A DNA stretch of 46,021 nucleotides from a virus. Taxonomy: Duplodnaviria > Caudoviricetes. Shown one piece after another: positions 9,440-18,429 of the stretch. The notes below the pieces were generated by a model, which ran no database searches, was not told the origin of the DNA, and worked only from the letters and a program-made list of their open reading frames with translations. Position numbers and translations under genes: made by a program. Location: IMG/VR virus record IMGVR_UViG_3300010366_000004, positions 1 to 46,021 of that record; one strand, given 5' to 3'. Within the stretch, counting starts at the first letter, position 1. The number at the start of each line of letters is the position of its first letter.

Positions 9440-11202
9440 TGCCTCCCCCCGGGGCTCAGACCATCAACTCGAACACCACCCAGATCCCCACCAGCCCGGG
9501 GCTGACTCCGCCGGCCACCTCGTCCATCGACTTCAGCAACCCCAACGCGGTGGCCTCGGGCGCCGGCCTGGGGGCGGTCACCGGCAGTACTGGCACGGTG
9601 TACCCGCCCGGCGTCACCTCCATGACGCCGTACTCCCTCGGCCAGATGGAGACCGAAGCCGGCGCCATCAGCGTGGGTCCCGACATCGCCGCCCTGCTCG
9701 ACATCGCCCCGGGCAACTACTCGATGCCCGACCTGCTGTCCCACTTCAACTCCTTGAGCCGGGAGCAGCTGATCCAGCTCCAGGGCCAGCTGGCCGCGGG
9801 CGGCTTCTACACCGACTCCAGCGGCCAGCCCATGGCCAACCCACCCACCTACGGGGCCCACGACAATCAATCGTTCATGGCTTTCGCCAACGCATTGATG
9901 CAGACCGCCCAGCTCGGCCACACCGCCGACCAGAAGGGCACCACCAACAGTGTCGACACCGTCATCGCCAACAACATCTCCTCCGGCCTCGGCCAGATCG
10001 GCAAGGCGGCATCGCTCAGCCCCACGGTGGAAGGCGGCAACACCTACCAGATCGACCTGACCAACCCGGCCGCAGTACGGGAGCAGGCCACCGGCATCTT
10101 CCAGGCCGCGCTGGGCCGCAACCCCACCCAGGACGAACTGAGTCGTATCACGACCTATGTCCAGGGTGGCGAGGCCGCCTTCCAGGGGGCCCGCAACCAG
10201 CAGGCCGAGAACGCCAGCCAGGCCAAGTTCCAGGCCGACCTGACCGCCAAGCAGGCCGCCAACGCCCCGCAGGTGACCCTGGGCCCGGTGCCCAACGGCC
10301 CGTTCAACAGCGTGGGCCAGTGGGCCGCGGCCTTCCTGCAGTACCTGGGCGGAGGCAACACCAACCTGGTGACCTCGTCCAACATCGCCATGATCATGGG
10401 CTGGGCCAAAGCCAACGGCGACGGCCTGGACAAGAACAACCCCCTCGGCGTCACCCTGGCCGAACCGGGCAGTGAGCAGACCAAGGGCGGCACCCTGCCC
10501 TCGGCCCAGAGCTACAACAACCCGGCCGACGGGATGCGGGCCACGGCTCAGACCCTGGCCAACTTCCCTCTGCTCATGCAGGCCCTCGAATCCGGCGACG
10601 GGGCGGGCCAGCTCGGCAACAAGGCGTTCCAGGATGAGCTGCGCCAGTGGAGTTCGGGCGGCTACAGCGACATCACCAAACAGGTGTCCGGATCCCAGAA
10701 GCAGGCGGCCAGCTTCGCCCAGCAGTACGGCGCCGGCCAACCCGGCACCGCGGCAGCTACCGCGCCTCAGCCATCGGTGAACGTTCCAGCCGGAGCGGTG
10801 GGGACCAGCCAGGAAGCCAAGCTGGCCCAGAGCCAATACGAGAACCAGCTGGCTCAGGGCCAGCAGGCCGGCACCCCTCAGGATCCCGCCGTGGCCGCCA
10901 CCCTCCAGGCCGGCGCCACCAATCCGGCGGTGGGGGCCTACCTCCAGGCCGGCTACAACGAGGCCCACGGCCTGGGCGACATGGTGGCGCCCCAGACCGC
11001 CAGCCTCGGCCAACAGCCGGTCGCCCCCGGGACCACCTACATCCCGTCCACCACCCTCACCCAGGTCCAGCCGGCCACCGCTGAGCAGGCCGCCTACCAG
11101 GCCGCCACAACCGGCGCCAACCGTATCGAGTACGGCGCCATGAACTACCTCAACCTGTTCAAGGGCCTGATGTCCTTCATCCAGCAAGGCGGATTCAAGT
11201 GA
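9439..11202 (+). CDS. Internal virion protein with lysozyme-like domain
   Basis: TAATG overlap; WAKANG...NNPLGVT...QSYNNPADGMRATAQTL resembles actinophage lysozyme-like domains. Confidence 0.55.
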   Translation: MPPPGAQTINSNTTQIPTSPGLTPPATSSIDFSNPNAVASGAGLGAVTGSTGTVYPPGVTSMTPYSLGQMETEAGAISVGPDIAALLDIAPGNYSMPDLLSHFNSLSREQLIQLQGQLAAGGFYTDSSGQPMANPPTYGAHDNQSFMAFANALMQTAQLGHTADQKGTTNSVDTVIANNISSGLGQIGKAASLSPTVEGGNTYQIDLTNPAAVREQATGIFQAALGRNPTQDELSRITTYVQGGEAAFQGARNQQAENASQAKFQADLTAKQAANAPQVTLGPVPNGPFNSVGQWAAAFLQYLGGGNTNLVTSSNIAMIMGWAKANGDGLDKNNPLGVTLAEPGSEQTKGGTLPSAQSYNNPADGMRATAQTLANFPLLMQALESGDGAGQLGNKAFQDELRQWSSGGYSDITKQVSGSQKQAASFAQQYGAGQPGTAAATAPQPSVNVPAGAVGTSQEAKLAQSQYENQLAQGQQAGTPQDPAVAATLQAGATNPAVGAYLQAGYNEAHGLGDMVAPQTASLGQQPVAPGTTYIPSTTLTQVQPATAEQAAYQAATTGANRIEYGAMNYLNLFKGLMSFIQQGGFK

Positions 11203-13028
11203 GCTTCGCCCCGCCGGTCAACGTCCTCAATCCCAACATCCAGGCCGCGGTCGCCAACGTCGACCCCACCGTGGTCTCGACGGTCATGCGCACCGCTGAA
11301 GGTCTTGGCATTGATCCCAACCTGGCCCTGGCCATGATGATGACCGAGTCCAAGGGCGACCCTCGCGCCGTGGGCGATAACGGCTCCAGCTACGGCCTGT
11401 TCCAGCTCCACCAGGGTGGGGAGCTGGGCAACCTCAGCCCGACCCAGGCGTTTGATCCGGCCACCAACGCCCGGGTGGCGCTGACCCAGCTGGCCCGGGT
11501 GCTGCAGGCCAACCCCAACATCGACCCGGGGCAGGCCGCGGCCATGGCCCAGCGCCCGGCCGACCGGACCGGCTATGCCTCGACGGTCAACGGCTACATG
11601 ACCGGCAACTCCGGGGGCGGGGCCACCGGCACCACCGGAGGGATGGGCGGGACCGACTGGACCCAGATGTACAGCTACGCCTCGTCCCTGCTGGGGATGC
11701 CCTACGTCTACGGCGGTACCGGTAATGGCGGCTACGACTGCTCGGGCTTCACCCAGGCCGTGTACGCCCAGATGGGCATCCACATCGGCCGGGATACCTC
11801 AGCCCAACTCCAGAGCGGCCAGACCGTCGGCCAGGATGGCCAATGGCAGACCGACATCAGCCAGCTCCAGCCCGGCGATCTGATCTTCTACGGCCAGCAG
11901 GGCGGCACCGGACCCAACGCCCACGTGGTCATGTACATCGGTAACGGCCAGGTGATCCAGGCCGGCGGGCGGAACGTCAACGTCACCAACCTGTTCCAGG
12001 CTGCCTCCCCCAACGAGCCGTTCCTGGGGGTGCGCCGCTACACCGCCTTCAGCAACGCTCCCACCGGAGGGGCGTCGGCCTCGTCGGCCATGGGCCCGCC
12101 TGGCAACACCTCGGCGCCGTCGTGGAACGGCCAGCCCCTCACCATGTCCGACATCCCGGCCGTGGACGACTACATCAAGGCCAACTGGGGATCCGACGCC
12201 TGGCTCCTCACCATCCCCGAGGTGAAACAGATCCTGGAGCAGGGCGCGGTCAACGGCTGGGACGTCGACCGGACCATGGCCAAGATCGAGCAGACCCAGT
12301 GGTGGCAGACCACCTCGGGATCGGTGCGTCAGTATCTGGCCGACAAGAACCAGAACCCCGGCGACTACACCTTCACCACCCCGGGCTCGAAGGCCTCGGC
12401 CCAGCTGGCCCACATCCAGGACATGGCGGCCAAGGCCGGCGTGACCCTCACCACCGCCCAGGCCCAGCAGATCGCCACCAACTCCCTCATGTACGGCTGG
12501 GGGGATGAGCAGACCCAGGCCGCCATCGGCGCCTCGGTCAACCCCACCACCGGAGGCAACGCCCAGTCGGTCATGCAGCAAATCAACGGCGCCGCCGCCG
12601 ATCAGTTCCAGAAGCTCAGCCCCCAGGTCGCGGCCAGCTGGGCTCAGAACATCGCCGGGGGCACCCAGACCATGGATCAGTTCCGGGCCCAGATGGCCCA
12701 GGACGCAGCGGCCCGCTGGACCGGCTACGGCCCCCAGCTCCAGCAGGGCATGACCATGAACCAGCTCACCAACAGCCTCCGTCAGAACGCGGCCCAGACG
12801 ATGGAGATCGACCCCAACTCGATTGATTTCGTCGGCAACCCCATGTACTCGAAGATCCTCGACTACGTGCCGGCGAACTCCCCCAACGGTGTCCACCGAG
12901 TGATGACCCAGTCGGAGATGGACGCCTACCTCAAGAGCCAGCCCCAGTGGGATGGCACCCAGCAAGCCCGGGATCAGGCCGCCAACCTGGCCACCACGAT
13001 CACCCAGGCCTTCGGAAAGATGGGATAG
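11199..13028 (+). CDS. Virion peptidoglycan hydrolase: SLT lytic transglycosylase plus NlpC/P60 endopeptidase
   Basis: AMMMTESKGDPRAVGDNGSSYGLFQL (SLT); GMPYVYGG..GYDCSGF...QPGDLIFY...HVVMYIGNG (NlpC/P60 Cys-His). Confidence 0.9.
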   Translation: MSFAPPVNVLNPNIQAAVANVDPTVVSTVMRTAEGLGIDPNLALAMMMTESKGDPRAVGDNGSSYGLFQLHQGGELGNLSPTQAFDPATNARVALTQLARVLQANPNIDPGQAAAMAQRPADRTGYASTVNGYMTGNSGGGATGTTGGMGGTDWTQMYSYASSLLGMPYVYGGTGNGGYDCSGFTQAVYAQMGIHIGRDTSAQLQSGQTVGQDGQWQTDISQLQPGDLIFYGQQGGTGPNAHVVMYIGNGQVIQAGGRNVNVTNLFQAASPNEPFLGVRRYTAFSNAPTGGASASSAMGPPGNTSAPSWNGQPLTMSDIPAVDDYIKANWGSDAWLLTIPEVKQILEQGAVNGWDVDRTMAKIEQTQWWQTTSGSVRQYLADKNQNPGDYTFTTPGSKASAQLAHIQDMAAKAGVTLTTAQAQQIATNSLMYGWGDEQTQAAIGASVNPTTGGNAQSVMQQINGAAADQFQKLSPQVAASWAQNIAGGTQTMDQFRAQMAQDAAARWTGYGPQLQQGMTMNQLTNSLRQNAAQTMEIDPNSIDFVGNPMYSKILDYVPANSPNGVHRVMTQSEMDAYLKSQPQWDGTQQARDQAANLATTITQAFGKMG

Positions 13029-13032
13029 CAGC

Positions 13033-14343
13033 ATGGCAACCAAGGCCGCCCCCAAGCCCGCCCCGTTCAATCCGTACGCGGGACGCGACCAACAGCTCTA
13101 CACCGAGCTGACCCAGATGATCGGGGCCTGGTCCAAGGCCACCGGAGTACCGGCTCCCAACGCGGCCCAGATCGCGGCGTGGGAGAAGCAGTACGGCAAC
13201 ACCCTGCAGGGCCAGTTCAACACCGAGTCGGCCAACATCGGCTACTACGCGGCCCGCGATCCCCACCTGCCGGTCACCACCCGGCCTGCCATCATCGCGG
13301 AGGCCCAGAAGGATCCCCGCTGGGCCGGGCTCGACGCCTTCGGTCGGGCCATGCTGGAGCAGCAGTACAACCTCAAGCAGACCGGCTACGCCGGGGAAAT
13401 GCTGGGGATAAACGCTCCGATGGTCCCCCTCGGGACGCCGCCTCCGCCGCACACCGTGGCCGCCCCATCCAACGCCTTGTCCTCCACTCAGCAGGGGGCG
13501 TGGGCGACCCTGCAGGCCACTCTGCGCAGCTACGGATTCACCGGGACCAGCCTCACGCAGCTGATGGCCTGGGCCAAGAACGAGATCATCAAAGGCAACA
13601 GCCCCGACCAGATCGCTCTCGACCTCCAGCAGACGGCCCAGTTCAAACAGCGGTTCCCGGCCATCGGCGTCCTGAGCCAGCAGGGCGTGGCCATGACCCC
13701 GGCCGAATACATCTCCGCCGAGCGGTCCTACGCCGCGGCCGAACACGCCGCCGGCCTGCCCGTCAACTTCGCCTCGTTTGATGCTCTCATCGCCAACCAG
13801 GTCTCCCCGGTCGAATACCAGACCCGGCTGCAGCAGGGCTACCAGGCCGTGGCCCAGGCCGACCCGACGGTGGTGCAGGCCTTCCAAGACTTCTACGGCG
13901 TCACCAAGGGCCAGCTGGCCGCCTACTTCCTCGATCCCAAGGCCCAGGAGCCGGCCCTGCTGCAGCGGGCCATCGCGGCCCAGATCGGCGGAGCGGCGGC
14001 CATGTCAGGCTTCCACGCCCCAGGCGGACCGACCACGACCGAGGGCATCACCGCGGCCCAGGCCCAGCGCATGGCCGAACTGAACGTGACCCAGGCTCAG
14101 GCTCAGCAGGGATTTCAGAAGCTGGGCGCTGAGACTCAGCTCTACAACCCGCTGCCCGGCGCCGGCCATGTCGGCAACGCCCTGACCGCCGACCAGTTGC
14201 TCAACGCCCAGTTCGGCTCCGACGCCCAGGCCCAGCTCCAGCTCCAGGCCCAGGCCGAGTTCAACGCGGGCCAGACCCGCCAGGGCGGCACCGTGGGCCA
14301 GACTGCGGCCGGCGCCACCGGGTTCGGGACCCTGCAACGCTGA
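13033..14343 (+). CDS. Internal virion/ejection protein, 436 aa
   Basis: Ala/Gln-rich helical ORF starting MATKAAPK just after the previous stop. Confidence 0.55.
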   Translation: MATKAAPKPAPFNPYAGRDQQLYTELTQMIGAWSKATGVPAPNAAQIAAWEKQYGNTLQGQFNTESANIGYYAARDPHLPVTTRPAIIAEAQKDPRWAGLDAFGRAMLEQQYNLKQTGYAGEMLGINAPMVPLGTPPPPHTVAAPSNALSSTQQGAWATLQATLRSYGFTGTSLTQLMAWAKNEIIKGNSPDQIALDLQQTAQFKQRFPAIGVLSQQGVAMTPAEYISAERSYAAAEHAAGLPVNFASFDALIANQVSPVEYQTRLQQGYQAVAQADPTVVQAFQDFYGVTKGQLAAYFLDPKAQEPALLQRAIAAQIGGAAAMSGFHAPGGPTTTEGITAAQAQRMAELNVTQAQAQQGFQKLGAETQLYNPLPGAGHVGNALTADQLLNAQFGSDAQAQLQLQAQAEFNAGQTRQGGTVGQTAAGATGFGTLQR

Positions 14344-14531
14344 TGAACTCCAAGCTGGCCACCGTAGGCCTGCTGATCTTGGGCACCATCCTGGTGGTCG
14401 GGGGCGTGGTGCTGGCCATCATCGGATCGGACGACGGACCGGCCTGGGTGGGCAAGACCGTCGCCATCATCGTGGGCGCACTGGTGGCCATCGCCGGGGG
14501 CAGCCAGCTACGGCACCACGACAGCGAATGA
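14343..14531 (+). CDS. Small two-TM membrane protein (holin-like)
   Basis: Two hydrophobic segments; TGATG overlap. Confidence 0.55.
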   Translation: MNSKLATVGLLILGTILVVGGVVLAIIGSDDGPAWVGKTVAIIVGALVAIAGGSQLRHHDSE

Positions 14532-14607
14532 CCGCGCGACTACACGTTGGCTTGGGGAAGGGCCCAACGTGGCGGTAGTCCAGTCCGTTCGAGCCGGACC
14601 GCGGCCA
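14530..14607 (+). ncRNA. tRNA-like element (acceptor stem plus T-arm, no D/anticodon arms)
   Basis: GACCGCG/CGCGGCC-A acceptor-like stem with one mismatch, GTCCG-TTCGAGC-CGGAC T-arm, long central helix GACTAC/GTAGTC plus ACGTTGG/CCAACGT. Confidence 0.45.
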
Positions 14608-14615
14608 CTAACTGG

Positions 14616-14645
14616 TTGACACGCCAGCAACGGTAGTCGTACCCT
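14616..14645 (+). promoter_or_regulatory. SigA-type promoter for scaffold/capsid genes
   Basis: TTGACA-N18-TACCCT in the only large gap of the late operon. Confidence 0.6.
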
Positions 14646-14830
14646 CATCCCCAGGACGTGAGCCCCGTGGGCCGTCCGAGCGCCGTTGGCACCCTCCGAG
14701 CAGTGCCAGCGTGAACGCCCCGCTCGTTGACGTGGCCCTGTTGTAGCCCGGCTCCAGACCTCCACGACCTAATCGCCTTCCGGGCCCCCGCCCCGCGTCC
14801 TCCCGCGGTTGGCGCGAAAGGAAGTGGAGC

Positions 14831-15346
14831 GTGTCCAACGTCGATGATCAGTTCGATCCCGAGGACTACGAAGGCGTCCAAGAACGGATGGCGACCCTCC
14901 CCCGCCGGGAGATCCGCCGATTCGAGAAGGACCGCCGGGAGTTGGCCAGGGCCCAGCAGGAGCGGGATGACGCCGTGCGTCAGCTCGTCTTCGCCCGGGC
15001 CGGGATTGATCTTGATGACCCAGCTGCCGAGTGGTTCCTGAAGGGCTACGACGGCGAGATGACGGCTGATGCCGTGCGGACCGCTGCCGTGAAGGCCCGG
15101 CTGATTCGTGACGGTGGGGGCGGTACGCCCATCACCGACGCCGAAGCCCAGGGCCACGAGCTGATGAGCCGGGTTGCCAACGGGGCTCAGAACGTCAACC
15201 AGGAAGATGACATCACCCGGGGTCTCAAGGACATCCGGAACAACATCCACTGGCGGGACGCCGACAAAGCCCGGGACGAGATCATGCGACTCGTGGATGC
15301 GAACGACATCAAGTACTACCCCGGTGCAGCACTGCCGGGGGCCTAA
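14831..15346 (+). CDS. Capsid scaffolding protein
   Basis: Acidic coiled-coil ORF directly before the capsid gene; FARAGIDLDDPAAEWFLKGYDGE motif; AAAGGAAG SD. Confidence 0.7.
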   Translation: MSNVDDQFDPEDYEGVQERMATLPRREIRRFEKDRRELARAQQERDDAVRQLVFARAGIDLDDPAAEWFLKGYDGEMTADAVRTAAVKARLIRDGGGGTPITDAEAQGHELMSRVANGAQNVNQEDDITRGLKDIRNNIHWRDADKARDEIMRLVDANDIKYYPGAALPGA

Positions 15347-15361
15347 CAGAAAGGCGGCCTG

Positions 15362-16315
15362 ATGGCCCTCACTGTCCAGGCGTCCACCGACTTCGCCCAG
15401 AAGGCGTACGAGTTGATGACGTACTACGCCCTCAGGCCTGAGCTGTATTACGACGCGGTCGCGGACGTCAAGCCCTCCAACCAATCTCAGCCTGGTACCA
15501 GCGTGCAGTTCACCATCATGGCGGACCTGGCGCTGGCCACCACCCCACTCAACGAGCAGACCGACGTCACCCCGGTGCCCCTCTCGGACACCACCGTGCT
15601 GGTCACCATGCTGGAGTACGGCAACGCCGTCACCACCACGGCCCTGGCCCGCGGGACGTCGTTCGTCAACCTCGACCCGGTGGCCGCCAATGTGGTCGGC
15701 TACAACGCGGGCCGGTCGGTGGACACCATCGCCGGCAACGTGCTCAATGCCGGCACCCAGGTCGCCTATGCCATCGGTGACGGCACCGTCACCCCGGTGT
15801 CCCGGGCCACCGTCCAGGTCAAGAACACCCTCGTCGCCGCGGACGTGCGCAAGGCCCGGGCCATGCTCGTGCGCCAGAGCGTCCCCAGCATCGGGGGGTA
15901 CTACATGAGCTTCATCCATCCGGATGTGGCCTTCGACCTGCGGGGCCAGGTGGGCTCCGCGACCTGGAACGAGCCCCACGCCTACTCCAGCCCGGAGAAC
16001 ATCTGGACCGGCGAGATCGGCAGCTTCTCGGGGGTCCGTTTCATCGAGACCCCCAACGCGGCCCTGTTCGCCAACACCGGTTCGCCCTCGACGGTCGACG
16101 TCTACGGCACGCTGTTCATGGGACGCCAGGGGCTGGCCAAGGCCCACAGCTACGTGGACGGCAACCAGGACAACCCGCTCATCGTGCCGGGCCCCGTGGT
16201 CGACGCCCTGCGTCGGTTCGTGCCCATCGGCTGGTACCACCTGGTCGGCTACGGCATCTTCCGCCAGGCCGCCGTGCTGCGGATTGAGGGTGCTTCGACC
16301 ATCGGCGCCAACTAA
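15362..16315 (+). CDS. Major capsid protein (N4-gp56-like HK97 fold)
   Basis: VTMLEYGNAV, YMSFIHPDVAFDLR, GEIGSFSGVRFIETP, DALRRFVPIGWY motifs; GAAAGG SD. Confidence 0.88.
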   Translation: MALTVQASTDFAQKAYELMTYYALRPELYYDAVADVKPSNQSQPGTSVQFTIMADLALATTPLNEQTDVTPVPLSDTTVLVTMLEYGNAVTTTALARGTSFVNLDPVAANVVGYNAGRSVDTIAGNVLNAGTQVAYAIGDGTVTPVSRATVQVKNTLVAADVRKARAMLVRQSVPSIGGYYMSFIHPDVAFDLRGQVGSATWNEPHAYSSPENIWTGEIGSFSGVRFIETPNAALFANTGSPSTVDVYGTLFMGRQGLAKAHSYVDGNQDNPLIVPGPVVDALRRFVPIGWYHLVGYGIFRQAAVLRIEGASTIGAN

Positions 16316-16998
16316 TGGCGACCAAGACCAAGCAGGCCGAAGTGGCCACCCAGGGCGTGGTGGTGTCGACGTTGGTGGTCGGCCAGACCGGCACCATCGC
16401 CTACGACGCCGGCCCGCCGGATACCGACGTCACCTTCACGGTGGCGCCGCCCGGCGGCGGAGTGACCGAGCGCACCGTCCGCACCGACGACAACGGCCGG
16501 GCGGAAATCGAGCTGGTCCCCAACACCGTCGGTGAGCTGAACGTAGCCGTGACCCAGACTGCCGTGACCAGTCTGGGCGCGGCCACCGCCGAAGTGGTCA
16601 TCGGGGTAGCGCCGCCCGCCCTGGCCATCACCGGACTCGACCCGCCCGACAGCGAAGTCGGCCCGCCCCAGAGCTTCCTGCTCACGGTGGAGGGCGACGG
16701 ATTCGACATCAACACCAAGATCGGTTTCGGCGTGTTCTCGCAAGAGGAAGCCGATGCCGGCCTGGGCGAGGTGGGCGAACCCAAGTGGGAGCTGGGCACC
16801 CGGTACATCGACGGCACCCACGTCGGGCTCGACATCAGCGCCGGCCAGTTCCCGGGCGCCGACCCGGCTGTCCCGGTGGTGGTGGGGGCCCCTGATGGGA
16901 CGGTGGCCGGTCCGGTCAACTTCGCCTTCACCGAACCGGTGGCGGCGGACGAGGCCACAACTGAAACGCAAGCAGAGGAGGAAGCCAATGCCGAATAA
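16315..16998 (+). CDS. Acidic Ig-like capsid decoration/accessory protein
   Basis: TAATG overlap; beta-rich, RTDDNGRAEI and AITGLDP Ig-like segments. Confidence 0.5.
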   Translation: MATKTKQAEVATQGVVVSTLVVGQTGTIAYDAGPPDTDVTFTVAPPGGGVTERTVRTDDNGRAEIELVPNTVGELNVAVTQTAVTSLGAATAEVVIGVAPPALAITGLDPPDSEVGPPQSFLLTVEGDGFDINTKIGFGVFSQEEADAGLGEVGEPKWELGTRYIDGTHVGLDISAGQFPGADPAVPVVVGAPDGTVAGPVNFAFTEPVAADEATTETQAEEEANAE

Positions 16999-17182
16999 GG
17001 GATGGTCCAACGCGGGTGGCGAGGCGGTCAGCTCGACCACCCGCAACACGGGCGTGAACACCGACTGCTCGGACGCCGAGCCGTTCACGACCGGATCCAG
17101 CATCGCCAGCACGGGCAACCCGGGCGACATGGGTTCGCGGTCGGATCTGTTCGAGGTGCCGGGCCAGCTGTCCGGTAGCTGA
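16988..17182 (+). CDS. Hypothetical protein, 64 aa (MPNKGWS...)
   Basis: GAGGAGG SD, ATG 16988, TGATG overlap with the next gene. Confidence 0.6.
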   Translation: MPNKGWSNAGGEAVSSTTRNTGVNTDCSDAEPFTTGSSIASTGNPGDMGSRSDLFEVPGQLSGS

Positions 17183-17430
17183 TGGCCAAGCTGTCCCAGG
17201 GCGGGAGGGCGATGATCTCGACCTCGAACTTCGCCATCCCGTCCCGGGCCAAGACCGCGTCAGCCAAGAAGCAATCGGGCAACTACCCGATCAACGACGC
17301 CAGCCACGCCCGCAACGCCCTGTCCCGGGTAGCCCAGCACGGCAGCTCGGCCGAGAAGGCCCAGGTGCGGGCCGCGGTCAAGAGGAAGTACCCGGGCATC
17401 GGCAACAAGAAGGGAGGGAGCAAGAAGTAA
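17182..17430 (+). CDS. Small basic head-associated protein (YPIxDxxHARNALSR family)
   Basis: NFAIP...NYPINDASHARNALSRVAQ motif seen in phage head modules. Confidence 0.65.
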   Translation: MAKLSQGGRAMISTSNFAIPSRAKTASAKKQSGNYPINDASHARNALSRVAQHGSSAEKAQVRAAVKRKYPGIGNKKGGSKK

Positions 17431-17705
17431 TGCCCCGCATGGATGAAGAGTTTTCCACCCACCGGCTCCGCCAGTCGATTGGTGACCCCAGCCGTTACGT
17501 CCCCGACACGCTGGCCGATCAGCTCCGCAACAAGGGCAACACCAAGCTGGAGATCCCCACCGACGCGGCCGGCAATCCCTCGCCGGTCCCGGCCAGCTAT
17601 CCGGTCCCGGGCAACGCCGGCTTCGACAACGACAACGACGCCGACGATTACAACTGGGCCGCCTACCAGCAGGGGTCGACCACCTCTTCGAGCGGGCCGC
17701 CCTGA
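17430..17705 (+). CDS. Hypothetical protein
   Basis: Coupled ORF, GC3 bias. Confidence 0.55.
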   Translation: MPRMDEEFSTHRLRQSIGDPSRYVPDTLADQLRNKGNTKLEIPTDAAGNPSPVPASYPVPGNAGFDNDNDADDYNWAAYQQGSTTSSSGPP

Positions 17706-18070
17706 TGAAGACGTTCATGCCCCCGGCCGACACCCAGATCACCGGAGCTATCCCGGCCTGGGCGGTGCTGTCCGAGCTACCGGAGATGCGGCTCATGTCG
17801 TTCTATGAGCCCTACGCCCGGAGCGTGAACGTCTACAAGATGGCCAACGGCCAGTACAAGCGCGACGACGTGGAGATGGTGTGGCCCGCCACCGACGCCG
17901 TGCCCAACGACGTGATCAGCAGCACCTGGGGGCTGGGCTCCATCGGCCCCCAGTTCATGCTCATCGACAACCCCGTGGTCTTCGTTTACTACTCCGGCCA
18001 CGAATACCAGATTGACGACGACGAGGCCGCCGCCCTCACCGCGGCGGGCTATGGGGCGTACATCACATGA
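17705..18070 (+). CDS. Hypothetical virion-module protein
   Basis: YYSGHEYQIDDDEAAALTAAGYGAYI C-terminal motif; coupled ORF. Confidence 0.6.
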   Translation: MKTFMPPADTQITGAIPAWAVLSELPEMRLMSFYEPYARSVNVYKMANGQYKRDDVEMVWPATDAVPNDVISSTWGLGSIGPQFMLIDNPVVFVYYSGHEYQIDDDEAAALTAAGYGAYIT

Positions 18071-18429
18071 TCCGGACCCACTACGGCCAGCACGAGGCCG
18101 ACTGCTACGGCTGCAAGCTGCAGACCATCCAGTACGGCCCCGTTATCGACGTGGCCCCTCAGACCCTCACCGAGCGCCGCTGGGACCGCGACATGCCGGC
18201 CTACGCCCGGCTGCGTCGTGACGGCCTCCAGCCCCGCTCGGTGGACGGAGCGGGGGATCTGGAGCAACGTCTGGTCGAAGGCCAGATGGAGATCAACATG
18301 GGCCACCTCCTCCAGCCCAACCAGTACAGCCAGGCCCGGGAGTGCATGGAGGAATGCCAGAGCGTCAGCAGTCAGATTGATTGGTCCGAGACGGTGGCGG
18401 CCTACAAGCACAAGCAGCGGGACCAGTGA
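18067..18429 (+). CDS. Hypothetical protein (H...CYGCK; WDRDMPAYARLRRDGLQP)
   Basis: ATGA overlap; motif typical of actinobacterial podo-like phage structural regions. Confidence 0.6.
   Translation: MIRTHYGQHEADCYGCKLQTIQYGPVIDVAPQTLTERRWDRDMPAYARLRRDGLQPRSVDGAGDLEQRLVEGQMEINMGHLLQPNQYSQARECMEECQSVSSQIDWSETVAAYKHKQRDQ

Noticed and set aside
14530-14610. Functional canonical tRNA gene
   Set aside because: No D arm or 7-nt anticodon loop, acceptor mismatch, CTA instead of CCA; kept only as tRNA-like
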